DNA of 44,604 bases. Source: an uncultured archaeon A07HB70 (GTDB lineage: Archaea > Halobacteriota > Halobacteria > Halobacteriales > Haloferacaceae). Within the stretch, counting starts at the first letter, position 1, and each line of letters begins with the position of its first letter. Below the pieces are notes generated by a model. It was not told where the DNA came from. It ran no database searches and saw nothing but the letters and a program-made list of their open reading frames with translations. Location: the NCBI GenBank assembly GCA_000496195.1, contig KI543180.1:29755-74358 (forward strand), read 5' to 3'. Below, piece by piece: positions 1 to 8,612 of this stretch. Both the position numbers and the translations under genes were made by a program.

Positions 1-1394
1 AGGGCGAGCCCCCACGCCATCACGTCGCACTCGACGCCGAGGGGCCGGAGCACCTCGTCGCGGAACAGCCCGGAGTTGCCGATCTCGATCAGCTCGCCCG
101 TCTCGGGATGCTGGCCGAACAGTTCGAAGCTCGGCTCCGTGTACGGGTTGTAGTGGGGTTTGAACTCGATGTCGGTCACCCCGAACTGGCGGTAGAACTC
201 CTCGAACGTCCCCATCAGGTCCCGAACCGAGAGCGAGTCGGCCATCACCCACCCCTCGATCTGGAAGAACTCGAGCAGGTGTGTCGGGTCGAGCGTGTCG
301 TTGCGGTACACCTTCTCGACGGAGAAGAACCGCTCCGGCGGGTCGAGGTCGCCGAGCGCGTGGCCCGAGAGGTGTCGCATCGACAGCGAGGTGGTGTGGC
401 CGCGCAGGTCCACCTCCCGCGCGACGTCCTCGGTCCACGGCGAGTCGTAGCCGTCGCCGTTCTCGCCGACGCCCTCGCGGTGGGCAGCCGCGACGCGGTC
501 GACCAGGTCCTGCGGCAGGCCGTCGGCCGGCGGCACGTCGAGCGCGAACTGGTCCCAGTGTGTGCGCGCCGGGTGGTCCTGTGGCATGAACAGGCAGTCG
601 TTGATCCAGAACTCCGCGTCGGCGTGTGGGCCCTGCATCTCGCGGAAGCCCATCCCGACCAGCACCTCCTTGACGCGCTCTGCGGTCTGGCGCAGGATGT
701 GGACCCGACCGCCCTCGACGTCGGGGGCGTCGGCCTCGACGTCGTAGGCACCGAACTCGACGTCGCGCCACTCGCCGGAGGTCAGCAGGTCGGGCGTCAG
801 CCGGTCGACCGTCTCGGCGGCCTCGACGCCCTCCATCAGCGCCGTCACGCCCGCGTCAGTGAGCGTCAGCGACCGCACGGTCCGCTCGTCGCGCTCCGCG
901 AGGCTGCGCTCGACCAGCCGCGAGAGCGCCGTCTCGGCGGCGTCCTCGCCGGCTGCGACGGCGTCGAGCGCCGACGCCTCCGGGTCGGCGTCCGGGTCGG
1001 CGTCGGCGTCCGGGTCGACCGCGCCGGCGTCGACGGCGCCGTACTCCTTTCGCGCGAGGTTCGACAGCGCGATCTGGACGGTCTCGCCGTCGAGACCGGC
1101 GGCGTCTGCGGCGTCGCCGATCGGGACCGGACCGTCGTCTCCGTCTCGCGCCGCACGGTAGAGGCGCAGCTCCGGCAGGCCGGCGTCGCGGTAGCGCTCG
1201 CCCTCGTCGGTGAGCCGGTAGGTCACGCGCTCGCGCTCGCTCACCGACACCAGGCCCTCGTCACGCAGGTCGAACGCCGCGCCCGTGACCGTCTCGGGCT
1301 TCAGCCCCGTCTCTTCGGCGACCGCGGCGACCGTCCGCTCGTCGGTCGCGGACACCGCTTCGAGCACCGCGACCTGTGACTCGGGGAGTCTCAC
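1..1394 (-). CDS. pheS: phenylalanine--tRNA ligase alpha subunit (C-terminal end runs off the window start)
   Basis: Absent from the ORF track because no stop lies inside the window. My reverse-complement translation from GTG at 1394 is continuous: MRLPESQVAVLEAV...FWINDCLFMPQDHPARTHWDQF...RFFSVEKVYRNDTLDPTHLLEFFQIEGWVMA...HYNPYTEPSFELFG...GNSGLFRDEVL. These are class II aaRS motifs typical of PheS alpha. Confidence 0.9.
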   Translation of the reverse strand, partial: MRLPESQVAVLEAVSATDERTVAAVAEETGLKPETVTGAAFDLRDEGLVSVSERERVTYRLTDEGERYRDAGLPELRLYRAARDGDDGPVPIGDAADAAGLDGETVQIALSNLARKEYGAVDAGAVDPDADADPDADPEASALDAVAAGEDAAETALSRLVERSLAERDERTVRSLTLTDAGVTALMEGVEAAETVDRLTPDLLTSGEWRDVEFGAYDVEADAPDVEGGRVHILRQTAERVKEVLVGMGFREMQGPHADAEFWINDCLFMPQDHPARTHWDQFALDVPPADGLPQDLVDRVAAAHREGVGENGDGYDSPWTEDVAREVDLRGHTTSLSMRHLSGHALGDLDPPERFFSVEKVYRNDTLDPTHLLEFFQIEGWVMADSLSVRDLMGTFEEFYRQFGVTDIEFKPHYNPYTEPSFELFGQHPETGELIEIGNSGLFRDEVLRPLGVECDVMAWGLA

Positions 1395-1443
1395 GGTAGG
1401 AGAGGAGCGGGCGTCTCCGGGTTAGGCGTTCCGATGCGCCCCG

Positions 1444-3024
1444 TCACTCGTCCGCCGCGGGCACCAGTCCGTCGCCGGCTCGGTCCGTCTCGACGGAGAG
1501 GTCGAGGTCGGCGAGCAGCTCCTCGGCCTCGGCGCGCTTCTCCTGGTGGTCCTCGAGGAACTCGCGCATCAGCGCCGCGGCCTGCTCCTTGCAGTCGCCA
1601 CAGAGCCGTTCGCCGCCGGCGCACTCCTCGTACACGCGGGTCGCGAGGTCGTCGTCGTCGGCTGCGAGCAGGTAGGCGTACAGCTCGTACACCGGGCACT
1701 CGTCGGGTTCGCCGCCGAGTTCCCGCTGTTCCTCGGCGGTGTCGCGCCCGCCCGTCGCGGCTGACCGCACCTTGTCGTAGCCGTCCTCGGGGTCGTCGAG
1801 CAGCGAGATGTGGCTCGCCGGGGCCGACGACGACATCTTCCCGCCGGTCAGGCCGGTCATGAACCGGTGGTAGACCGACGAGGGCGCGACGAAGCCGAAG
1901 CCGCCTTCGGCGACCTCGGTCTCGCGCGCCAGTCGGTCGGCCTCGTCGAGCGAGAGGTCGAACGCGTCGACGTGGCCCTCGTAGGCGCGCTTCTCGCCCT
2001 CGACGGCCTCGACCAGCGCCTCGAACGCCGCGTCCGGCGCCGACCGCACGAGGACCCGCGTCCGGGGACGCAGCGGCTCCTTGCCGGCGTTCGCGAGCTT
2101 CTCGGCCGCGCTCTCGCGCGCCGCCGTCTGCTCGTGGGTCTCGCGGAGCCAGTCGGCGGCCTCGACACACCGCGGGCGGTCGGGGTCGTCGGCGAACTCG
2201 GCGCGGTTGTCGTAGGCGTCGGCCACGAGCGGTCGCTCCTCGGCTGCGAACTCGACGCTCGCGAACGCCTCGGTCGTCTTGAAGAAGCGCGTCCGGGCGG
2301 CGACGTCGCGTGCGAGGCGCATGTGCGGGTCCTGGTCGGGGCCGACGGGGACGACGGTCGGCTTCGGCCCGCCGGCCTGCGGGTAGAGGATATCGGCGAT
2401 CTGCGTGACGACCGACTGCATGTGCGAGACGCTGGTCTCGCCGTCGAAGCCGTAGATAGACTCGAACTCCGAGAACCGGGCCGACGAGCCGAGCTCGAAC
2501 GCGAGGTCCTGGAGGCTGCGGTTCGTCGACTGGCGGTAGAGCTCGCCCTCGTCGGGGTCGAACCCGAGCGCCAGCAGCGAGAGCAGGTAGTCACGCGCGT
2601 GTTCGTCGATCTCCGTCCACGACAGCCCGCGGGCCGAGTGTGCCTCGAGGTCGGCGATCAGCGCGTAGGCGTCGCCGCCCTGGGCCTGGTGCCAGATTAT
2701 CTCGTCGAACACCAGCTTGTGCCCGATATGCGGGTCGCCGGTCGGCATGAACCCGGACAGCACCGCGAACGGGTCGTCGTCGCGCATCGCCCGCGCCACC
2801 TGGCGGTAGTCGCGGTGGCCGAAGATGACCCCGCGGCGCATCAGGTAGTGGGGGTCGGGCACCTCGGGCAGCACCTCGTCGAACGACTCGATGCCGAACT
2901 CGGCGAACAGGCTCCGGTAGTCCTCGACGGTCGAGGAGCCCCACGGGTCGAGGGTCGTCTCGTCGGCGCCGGCGGCGCCGTCGGTCTCGACCGCCGCGTC
3001 GTCGGTGGAGGTGTCCTCGGTCAT
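1444..3024 (-). CDS. trpS: tryptophan--tRNA ligase (archaeal/eukaryal type, with a large internal insertion)
   Basis: 526-aa ORF with HIGH-type motif GDPHIGH, DQDPHMRLARD, and KMSKS-type GKMSSS. Acidic N-terminal tail. Lies 49 nt upstream of pheS. Confidence 0.93.
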   Translation of the reverse strand: MTEDTSTDDAAVETDGAAGADETTLDPWGSSTVEDYRSLFAEFGIESFDEVLPEVPDPHYLMRRGVIFGHRDYRQVARAMRDDDPFAVLSGFMPTGDPHIGHKLVFDEIIWHQAQGGDAYALIADLEAHSARGLSWTEIDEHARDYLLSLLALGFDPDEGELYRQSTNRSLQDLAFELGSSARFSEFESIYGFDGETSVSHMQSVVTQIADILYPQAGGPKPTVVPVGPDQDPHMRLARDVAARTRFFKTTEAFASVEFAAEERPLVADAYDNRAEFADDPDRPRCVEAADWLRETHEQTAARESAAEKLANAGKEPLRPRTRVLVRSAPDAAFEALVEAVEGEKRAYEGHVDAFDLSLDEADRLARETEVAEGGFGFVAPSSVYHRFMTGLTGGKMSSSAPASHISLLDDPEDGYDKVRSAATGGRDTAEEQRELGGEPDECPVYELYAYLLAADDDDLATRVYEECAGGERLCGDCKEQAAALMREFLEDHQEKRAEAEELLADLDLSVETDRAGDGLVPAADE

Positions 3025-3031
3025 GGTCGTG

Positions 3032-4087
3032 TCAGGGCGTCAGCCGCGTCGCGGCCAGCCACTCGACGGAGTCGGGGCCGGTCGCCGCAAAAACCATTCG
3101 CTTCCGCACCCCGCCCGCCAGCCGGACGTACAGCGACAGGTCGCTCGGCGAGAGCCGGGTCGACCGCTCGACGACCCGGACCAGCCGCTCCGAGTGGCCC
3201 GTCTCGTCGGCGGAGTCGAACGAGTCGTAGACCCGGAAGTCGGCGCCGAACTTGAACCCGCTCTTCGGGACGCTCCCGGCGGTCCGAACCGCGCGGTAGC
3301 TCCGGAGCCGGCGGTCGAACCGCTCGCCCGCCGCGGCGCGGCCGCGCTCGACGACCGCCGTCGGGTCGAGCGCCAGCACCCCGTCTCGTGCGAGGTGGGC
3401 GGCCTCGACGAGCGACAGCTGGAGCGGCCCACCCGCCGCGTTCCGGCCCGCCAGCCGCTGGCCGTAGAACGCCGCCTCGTACAGCGCCGCCGGCGGGTCC
3501 CACACGACCGCGCGGTCGTCGTTCAGGTCGGCTGCGACGCCGGTCGGGAGGTCGGGTGGCGTCCGGTCGGTCCCGCCGCCCGGCTGCCCGCGCTCGCAGT
3601 CGAAGTACGTCGGCTCGCCCTCCTCGTCGACGACTGCCAGCGCCGTCGGGTCGTCGACGAGGCGCGCGACAGAGAGGGCGTCGGGCTCGCCGACGACGCG
3701 CACGCGGTGCTCGACGACGCCGTCGCCAGGACCCTTGCCGCGCGGGTAGACCACCACGTCACAGCCCGCTGCCGCGTCGTCGGGGGTCCAGCCCGGCCGG
3801 GCGGGCGAGCAGTAGAACCCGCGGTCACGGAGGTCGCGGTGGACGACGAACCGCCGGACCACGCCGGTCCGGGCGAGCAGGCCCCGCAGGCCGAGGCGCT
3901 CGTCGCCGTCGTACACCGCCGAGAGGTCGTCGCGGAACAGGAGGTGGGCGGCCTCGACCGGCGCGAGCGCCAGCGTGTCGCCGTCGAGCGGCCGTCCGTA
4001 GCCGCCGGCGTCGTGGAACCGCTGGCGGGCGTCGCCGCCGACGACCACCTCGGGGCCCGTCTCGCCGTCGCGGAGTCGCCCGTCCAT
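3032..4087 (-). CDS. endA: tRNA-splicing endonuclease (duplicated-domain, homodimer-type)
   Basis: 351-aa ORF with two tandem endonuclease-like halves. The C-terminal catalytic block is SGFKFGADFRVY...GHSERLV...RLAGGVRKRMVFA. Lies only 7 nt upstream of the trpS start. Confidence 0.88.
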   Translation of the reverse strand: MDGRLRDGETGPEVVVGGDARQRFHDAGGYGRPLDGDTLALAPVEAAHLLFRDDLSAVYDGDERLGLRGLLARTGVVRRFVVHRDLRDRGFYCSPARPGWTPDDAAAGCDVVVYPRGKGPGDGVVEHRVRVVGEPDALSVARLVDDPTALAVVDEEGEPTYFDCERGQPGGGTDRTPPDLPTGVAADLNDDRAVVWDPPAALYEAAFYGQRLAGRNAAGGPLQLSLVEAAHLARDGVLALDPTAVVERGRAAAGERFDRRLRSYRAVRTAGSVPKSGFKFGADFRVYDSFDSADETGHSERLVRVVERSTRLSPSDLSLYVRLAGGVRKRMVFAATGPDSVEWLAATRLTP

Positions 4088-4111
4088 ACCGGCGCCGGGC
4101 GCGGCGCGGGG

Positions 4112-4876
4112 TTATGCCCTGTGGTCGAACGAGCCGCAGGTGCCGTCGAGACACCGACGACCGGTCGCCGTCTCGAAGACCGGCAGCCCGCAGTCGCAGT
4201 CGTCGGCGACGACGCCGGCGGGGATCGAGAACGCCGTCTCGCAGTCCGGGTAGGCGTCACAGCCGGCGAGCAGGCGCCCCCGGCGGCGGATCACCCGTAG
4301 CGGGTCGCCACAGTCCGGGCAGGTCCAGACGCCGTCGAACCGCGCCCGGACCGCGTCGTCGAGCGACTCGCAGGCACGGTCGACACAGACGTCGAAGGCG
4401 GCGCCGCGCTCCGCCCGCATCAGCGGGAGTCCACAGTCCGGGCAGGCGTCGTCGAGCGTCGTCGCGCCGGCGACGAGCGGGTAGCGCGCGCCGGAGTCGA
4501 GCGCGACGACCGCGCCGTCGACTCGCACCAGCGGCCCGGCAGCCTCGGGGTGGTCGGGCGGCGCCTCGCCGACGGGGACGCCCGCCGGCGAGACGGGCAG
4601 GGTCGCCCGCCCGGCGACGGCGTGGCTCTCGACGGCGAGGCGCCGCTCGCCGTCCCGCGCGACGACCCGGAGCCCACCCGCTCCGCCGTCGTCTGCGACG
4701 GTCAGGTCGTCCGGACGGGTGAGCCACGCGACGGGCTGGTAGCCCGACTCGTCGTGGACGAGCGTCGTCCGGTCGGGCTTGCAGACCACCACGACGTGGC
4801 CGCGCTGTCGGCGCTCGTCGTCGCCGTCGTCGAACCGTACGGTGCAGTCGCCCGCGAACACGCGCATCGAGTCCAC
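4112..4876 (-). CDS. uncharacterised DNA/RNA-binding protein: N-terminal beta-rich domain plus three C4 zinc ribbons (topoisomerase-type zinc-finger-like)
   Basis: 254-aa ORF. The N-terminus MRVFAGDCTVRFDD...HVVVVCKPDRTTLVHDESGYQPVAWL recalls, from memory, the N-terminal half of NucS/DUF91-type proteins. Three Cys4 units are CPDCGLP..C.DRAC, CPDCGDP..GCDAYPDC and CDCGLP..C.DGTC. An alternative start is M at 4867. Confidence 0.72.
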   Translation of the reverse strand: MDSMRVFAGDCTVRFDDGDDERRQRGHVVVVCKPDRTTLVHDESGYQPVAWLTRPDDLTVADDGGAGGLRVVARDGERRLAVESHAVAGRATLPVSPAGVPVGEAPPDHPEAAGPLVRVDGAVVALDSGARYPLVAGATTLDDACPDCGLPLMRAERGAAFDVCVDRACESLDDAVRARFDGVWTCPDCGDPLRVIRRRGRLLAGCDAYPDCETAFSIPAGVVADDCDCGLPVFETATGRRCLDGTCGSFDHRA

Positions 4877-4940
4877 GGGGCGGGTGGTCGCGGCATCGCA
4901 CTTGTTCGGGGGGGCGGATCAGCCGGCGCGTGGCGCCGGC

Positions 4941-7301
4941 TCACTCGACCCGGACCGTCCGCTCGTCGACGACTGGCGGGAGCGGCAGGTCCGGCGCGTG
5001 GACCGCGACGCGGTAGGTCAGTTCGTCGACGCCGGGCGCGCCGAACACGCCGACGGGGACGGTCATCGACTCGCCGCGCCGGAGGTAGTTGTCGTCGGTC
5101 AGCATCTCGCGGCCCTCGACGGTCACCCGGACGCCGAGACGGCTGCCGCCGCCCTCGTTCCGCACGGCGACCTCACAGAGGTCGTTCGCGCCGCGCGCGA
5201 CGGCGTCGGGTGGGGACCAGTCGACCCGCGGGTCGGGCAGGTCGGCGGCGGCGTCGACGACGCGCTCGGCGACCCCCGTCGAGAGGCCGGCTCGCTCGAG
5301 GCCGTCGGTGCCCGCCCGGACGAGGTCGGCCGGCGTCCGGTGGCCGGCAGCCGCGAGCGTCCGCGCCCGGGTCGCGCCGACGCCGTCGACGGCGGTGAGA
5401 CCGACGGCGTCGGCGGAGACGCCGCCCTCGACCCGCGCCTCGACGCGGCGGGCGAGGTTCGCGGCGGCGGGGCCGGCGAAGGCCGCGAGGACGGCCCGGA
5501 GCGCCGAGAGCAGACGGGTCGCGTTCTGCCGGATGATCCACGCGTCGCTCCGCAGGGCGTCTGGCGTCGACCCGGCCATCCCGGACCGCAGGATCGCGAG
5601 AACCTTTCGCGCGCCCCCCGAGATGTCGTCGTCGACGACGCGGTCGACGGCGTCGGTCTCCGAGGACCGGACGGAGACGGAGGCGAACTCCTCGGCGCGT
5701 GCGACCGTCTTCAGCAGGTCGTCGGTCGCGATCCGGTCGCGGTCCGCGACCGCGCGGAACGCGGCGGCGGTGTCGAGACGGAGGTAGTACTTCGAGGCGA
5801 GGCGGCCGAGACGGGTCGACGCGACCCGCAGGTCGTCGTCGAGGTCGGCGAACCCGCGGTCGACGAGCGACTCCAGCGTCTCGCGGGCGCGAGCCCGGAG
5901 GTCGTCGTCGTACCGCTCCGGGTCGGCCCGCGCCCGGACGGCGTAGAAGGTGGTGTCGAGCCACGAGAGGGCGTCGTCGAGGTCGTCGACCGTTCCGGTC
6001 GCTATCTCGGCGTTCAGGTGAGCGTCGAGGGCCGCCGCCAGCCGCGACTCGATCTGCACCCCCTCGTCGAGCAGGCGCCGGTAGCGGTCGGCGTCGCTCT
6101 CGTCACAGACCACCCAGCCGTAGCCCTCGTCGTCGTAGCCGGGGCGACCGGCCCGACCGAGCATCTGGAGCACGTCGATCGGCGACACCGCGACCTCCCC
6201 CTCCAGCGGGTCGTGACGCTTCGTGTCGCGGATGACGACACACCGCGCCGGGAGGTTGACACCCCACGCGAGCGTCGAGGTGGAGAACAGCACGGCGATC
6301 GTCCCGTCGCGGAACCAGGCCTCGACGCGGTCGCGGTCGGCCTTCGACAGCCCGGCGTGGTGGAACGCGACCCCGTCGACGACGGCGTGGCGCAGGTCCT
6401 CGTCGTCCAGGTCTCCCGCCGCGGTGTGGAGGTCGTAGTCCCCGCGCGCGCCGACCGGGACGTCGCGTTCGGCGAGGACGTCCCGCGTCTTGCCGGCGGC
6501 GCGAACCGCGTCCTGCCGCGAGGCGACGAACACGAGCGCCTGCCCGTCGGCGCGGACGTGCTCCTCGGCGATGTCGAGGGCGCGATAGAGCCGGCGGTAC
6601 TTGTCCGCGAAGGTGTTCTCGCCGTGGCGGTAGGTGGCGACCGACGCGGTCAGGTCGACGGGCCGGTGCTCCTCGCCGAAGTCGTAGGTCGTCTCCGGCG
6701 GCGCGTCGAGCCACTCTGCGACGTCCGAGACGTTCTGCATCGTCGCCGACAGCGCGACGATTCGCGGGGCACAGAGCCGGCGCAGGCGGGAGACGACGGC
6801 CTCCAAGACACACCCGCGACGGTCGGAGTCCAGCAGGTGGACCTCGTCGACGACGACGCAGTCGACGTCCGTAACGAACGAGTAGCGCGCGGAGTCGTGG
6901 TTCCGGGTCGCCGAGTCTGCCTTCTCCGGCGTGGTGACGAGGACGTCCGCGCGCTCCGCCCGCCGGGGGTTCAGGTCGCGTTCGCCGCTGACGACGTAGA
7001 CGGAGTAGCCGAGCTCCTCGAACCGGTCCCACTCGCGTTCGCGCTCGTTCGTCAGCGCGCGGAGCGGGGCGACGAACAGCGCCGTGCCGCCGCGGCGGAG
7101 CGTGTCGCAGATGGCGAGTTCGGCGACGGCGGTCTTGCCGCTCGCGGTTGGCGCACAGACGACGACGTTCCCGTCGGTGTCGAGGACGCCCGGCAGCGCC
7201 GCGTGCTGCATCGTGTTGAACTTCTCGAACGGAAAGGCGTCGGCGAACTCGGGCAGGACGTCGGCGACGCGGACGCGGTCTGTCGCCTCGCCCTCACTCA
7301 T
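4941..7301 (-). CDS. Ski2/Hel308-like superfamily-2 DNA/RNA helicase with C-terminal HhH and an extra beta-rich domain
   Basis: This is the real part of the 1193-aa ORF, starting at ATG 7301 (MSEGEATDRV...). Motifs are CAPTASGKT (I), DEVH (II), SAT (III) and QMLGRAGRPG (VI), then a Sec63/ratchet-like region and HhH GLTAVDGVGATRARTL. The ORF portion upstream of 7301 is an antisense shadow of pdhA. Confidence 0.9.
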   Translation of the reverse strand: MSEGEATDRVRVADVLPEFADAFPFEKFNTMQHAALPGVLDTDGNVVVCAPTASGKTAVAELAICDTLRRGGTALFVAPLRALTNEREREWDRFEELGYSVYVVSGERDLNPRRAERADVLVTTPEKADSATRNHDSARYSFVTDVDCVVVDEVHLLDSDRRGCVLEAVVSRLRRLCAPRIVALSATMQNVSDVAEWLDAPPETTYDFGEEHRPVDLTASVATYRHGENTFADKYRRLYRALDIAEEHVRADGQALVFVASRQDAVRAAGKTRDVLAERDVPVGARGDYDLHTAAGDLDDEDLRHAVVDGVAFHHAGLSKADRDRVEAWFRDGTIAVLFSTSTLAWGVNLPARCVVIRDTKRHDPLEGEVAVSPIDVLQMLGRAGRPGYDDEGYGWVVCDESDADRYRRLLDEGVQIESRLAAALDAHLNAEIATGTVDDLDDALSWLDTTFYAVRARADPERYDDDLRARARETLESLVDRGFADLDDDLRVASTRLGRLASKYYLRLDTAAAFRAVADRDRIATDDLLKTVARAEEFASVSVRSSETDAVDRVVDDDISGGARKVLAILRSGMAGSTPDALRSDAWIIRQNATRLLSALRAVLAAFAGPAAANLARRVEARVEGGVSADAVGLTAVDGVGATRARTLAAAGHRTPADLVRAGTDGLERAGLSTGVAERVVDAAADLPDPRVDWSPPDAVARGANDLCEVAVRNEGGGSRLGVRVTVEGREMLTDDNYLRRGESMTVPVGVFGAPGVDELTYRVAVHAPDLPLPPVVDERTVRVE

Positions 7302-7505
7302 TGTCGGCAGGGGGAGAGCCGCGGGCCTAAGCGTTCCGCTCCGCGTGGCGCGAGGGCCCGAGCCACGAGCCCGAGGGCGGCGAGCGGTGCGAGCCGTGTG
7401 AGGCCGCGGTGCGGTTCGGCGCGCAACCGGCGTGGGAGCGGCGCTCCCGTGGAGTACTACCCGCGCCGCGAAAGCACTAAGCCACGCGCACGGAACCGTC
7501 AGACG

Positions 7506-8612
7506 ATGGACCGGAGCGCCCGCGAGAGTCTGCTCGACCGCGACCCGGACGACCCGGTCCGGGTGCTCGACGACGACGGCGCCGTCGTCGGGACCGTCCC
7601 CGACCTGAGCGACAGCCGCCTCGTCGAACTCTACCGCGACCTCCGGCTGGCGCGTCGGTTCGACGCCCGTGCCGTCTCCCTCCAGCGACAGGGCCGGATG
7701 GGCACGTACCCCCCGATGGCGGGACAGGAGGGCGCACAGGTCGGGAGCGCCTACGCCCTCGCGGACCGCGACTGGGTGTTCCCCTCCTACCGCGAACACG
7801 CGGTCTCGCACGTCCACGGCGTCGCCCTCGCGGATATCCTGCGGTACTGGATGGGCGACGAGCGCGGGAGCGCCCACGGTGCGAACGTCTTTCCCGTTGC
7901 CGTTCCGATCGCGACCCAGATACCGCACGCAGTCGGGTTCGGGTGGGCGGCGGCTCTCGCGGGCGACGACGTCGTCACGGTCGCACACTTCGGCGACGGC
8001 GCCACCAGCGAGGGCGACTTCCACGAGGCGCTGAACTTCGCCGGCGTCTTCGACACCCCGACGGTGTTCTGCTGTCACAACAACCAGTGGGCCATCTCCG
8101 TGCCGCGCGAGCGCCAGACGGCGAGCGCGACCCTCGCCGGGAAGGCGTCGGCCTACGGCTTCACCGGCGTCCAGGTCGACGGGATGGACCCGCTCGCGGT
8201 CTACCGCGTCGTCGCCGCCGCCGTCGAGCGCGCCCGGACCGCCGACGGGGCACCGCGACCGACGCTCGTCGAGTCGCTCGAGTACCGCTTCGGCGCCCAC
8301 ACGACCGCCGACGACCCGACGGTCTACCGCGACGAGGCGGAGGTCGAGCGCTGGCGGGAGCGCGACCCGATTCCGCGGCTGGAGGCGTTCCTGCGCGACA
8401 CCGGGCGGCTCGACGACGAGCGGGTCGCCGCCGTCGAGACGGAGGTGGAGGCGACGGTTGCCGACGCCGTGGAGGCCGCCGAGGAGACGCGTCGTGCCCC
8501 GCCGACGGCGATGTTCGACCACGTCTACGCCGAGGCGCCATCGGAGCTGACGGCCCAGCGCGCGGCGCTCGCGGCGCTCTACGAGCGGGTCGGCGAGGAG
8601 GGGTTCGAGTGA
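7506..8612 (+). CDS. pdhA: 2-oxoacid (pyruvate/branched-chain type) dehydrogenase E1 component alpha subunit
   Basis: ATG at 7506 (MDRSARESLL...). The TPP-binding block is GDGATSEGDFHEALNFAGVFDTPTVFCCHNNQWAIS. The earlier part of the 1277-aa ORF is an antisense shadow of the helicase. Confidence 0.9.
   Translation: MDRSARESLLDRDPDDPVRVLDDDGAVVGTVPDLSDSRLVELYRDLRLARRFDARAVSLQRQGRMGTYPPMAGQEGAQVGSAYALADRDWVFPSYREHAVSHVHGVALADILRYWMGDERGSAHGANVFPVAVPIATQIPHAVGFGWAAALAGDDVVTVAHFGDGATSEGDFHEALNFAGVFDTPTVFCCHNNQWAISVPRERQTASATLAGKASAYGFTGVQVDGMDPLAVYRVVAAAVERARTADGAPRPTLVESLEYRFGAHTTADDPTVYRDEAEVERWRERDPIPRLEAFLRDTGRLDDERVAAVETEVEATVADAVEAAEETRRAPPTAMFDHVYAEAPSELTAQRAALAALYERVGEEGFE

Noticed and set aside
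108-1379. 423-aa plus-strand ORF
   Set aside because: It is an in-phase antisense shadow of pheS. It has Arg/Val/Leu-rich composition without motifs, whereas the minus strand gives a continuous canonical PheS alpha sequence.
3388-4722. 444-aa plus-strand ORF that is extremely Arg/Pro/Gly-rich
   Set aside because: This is a typical out-of-frame product of GC-rich DNA, with a large share of Arg by eye. The region is fully explained by endA and the zinc-ribbon gene on the minus strand.
4779-7505. N-terminal two thirds of the 1277-aa plus ORF 4779..8612
   Set aside because: Only the part from ATG 7506 is E1alpha. The rest is antisense to the helicase and lacks motifs or acidic composition.
7302-7505. 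Possible ncRNA in the 204-nt helicase/pdhA divergent spacer (short palindrome GGGAGCGGCGCTCCC at about 7434-7448, repeated GCCCGAG)
   Set aside because: There are only short, weak structures and no tRNA-like or known sRNA fold. Two TATA-like boxes (CCTAAGCG, CACTAAGCC) at leaderless spacing already account for both ends of the spacer. It is left as unannotated intergenic DNA.
7302-8522. N-terminal 406 residues of the 1193-aa minus ORF 4941..8522
   Set aside because: This part is antisense to pdhA. Helicase motif I begins shortly after ATG 7301, which is preceded by a TATA-like box at leaderless spacing.
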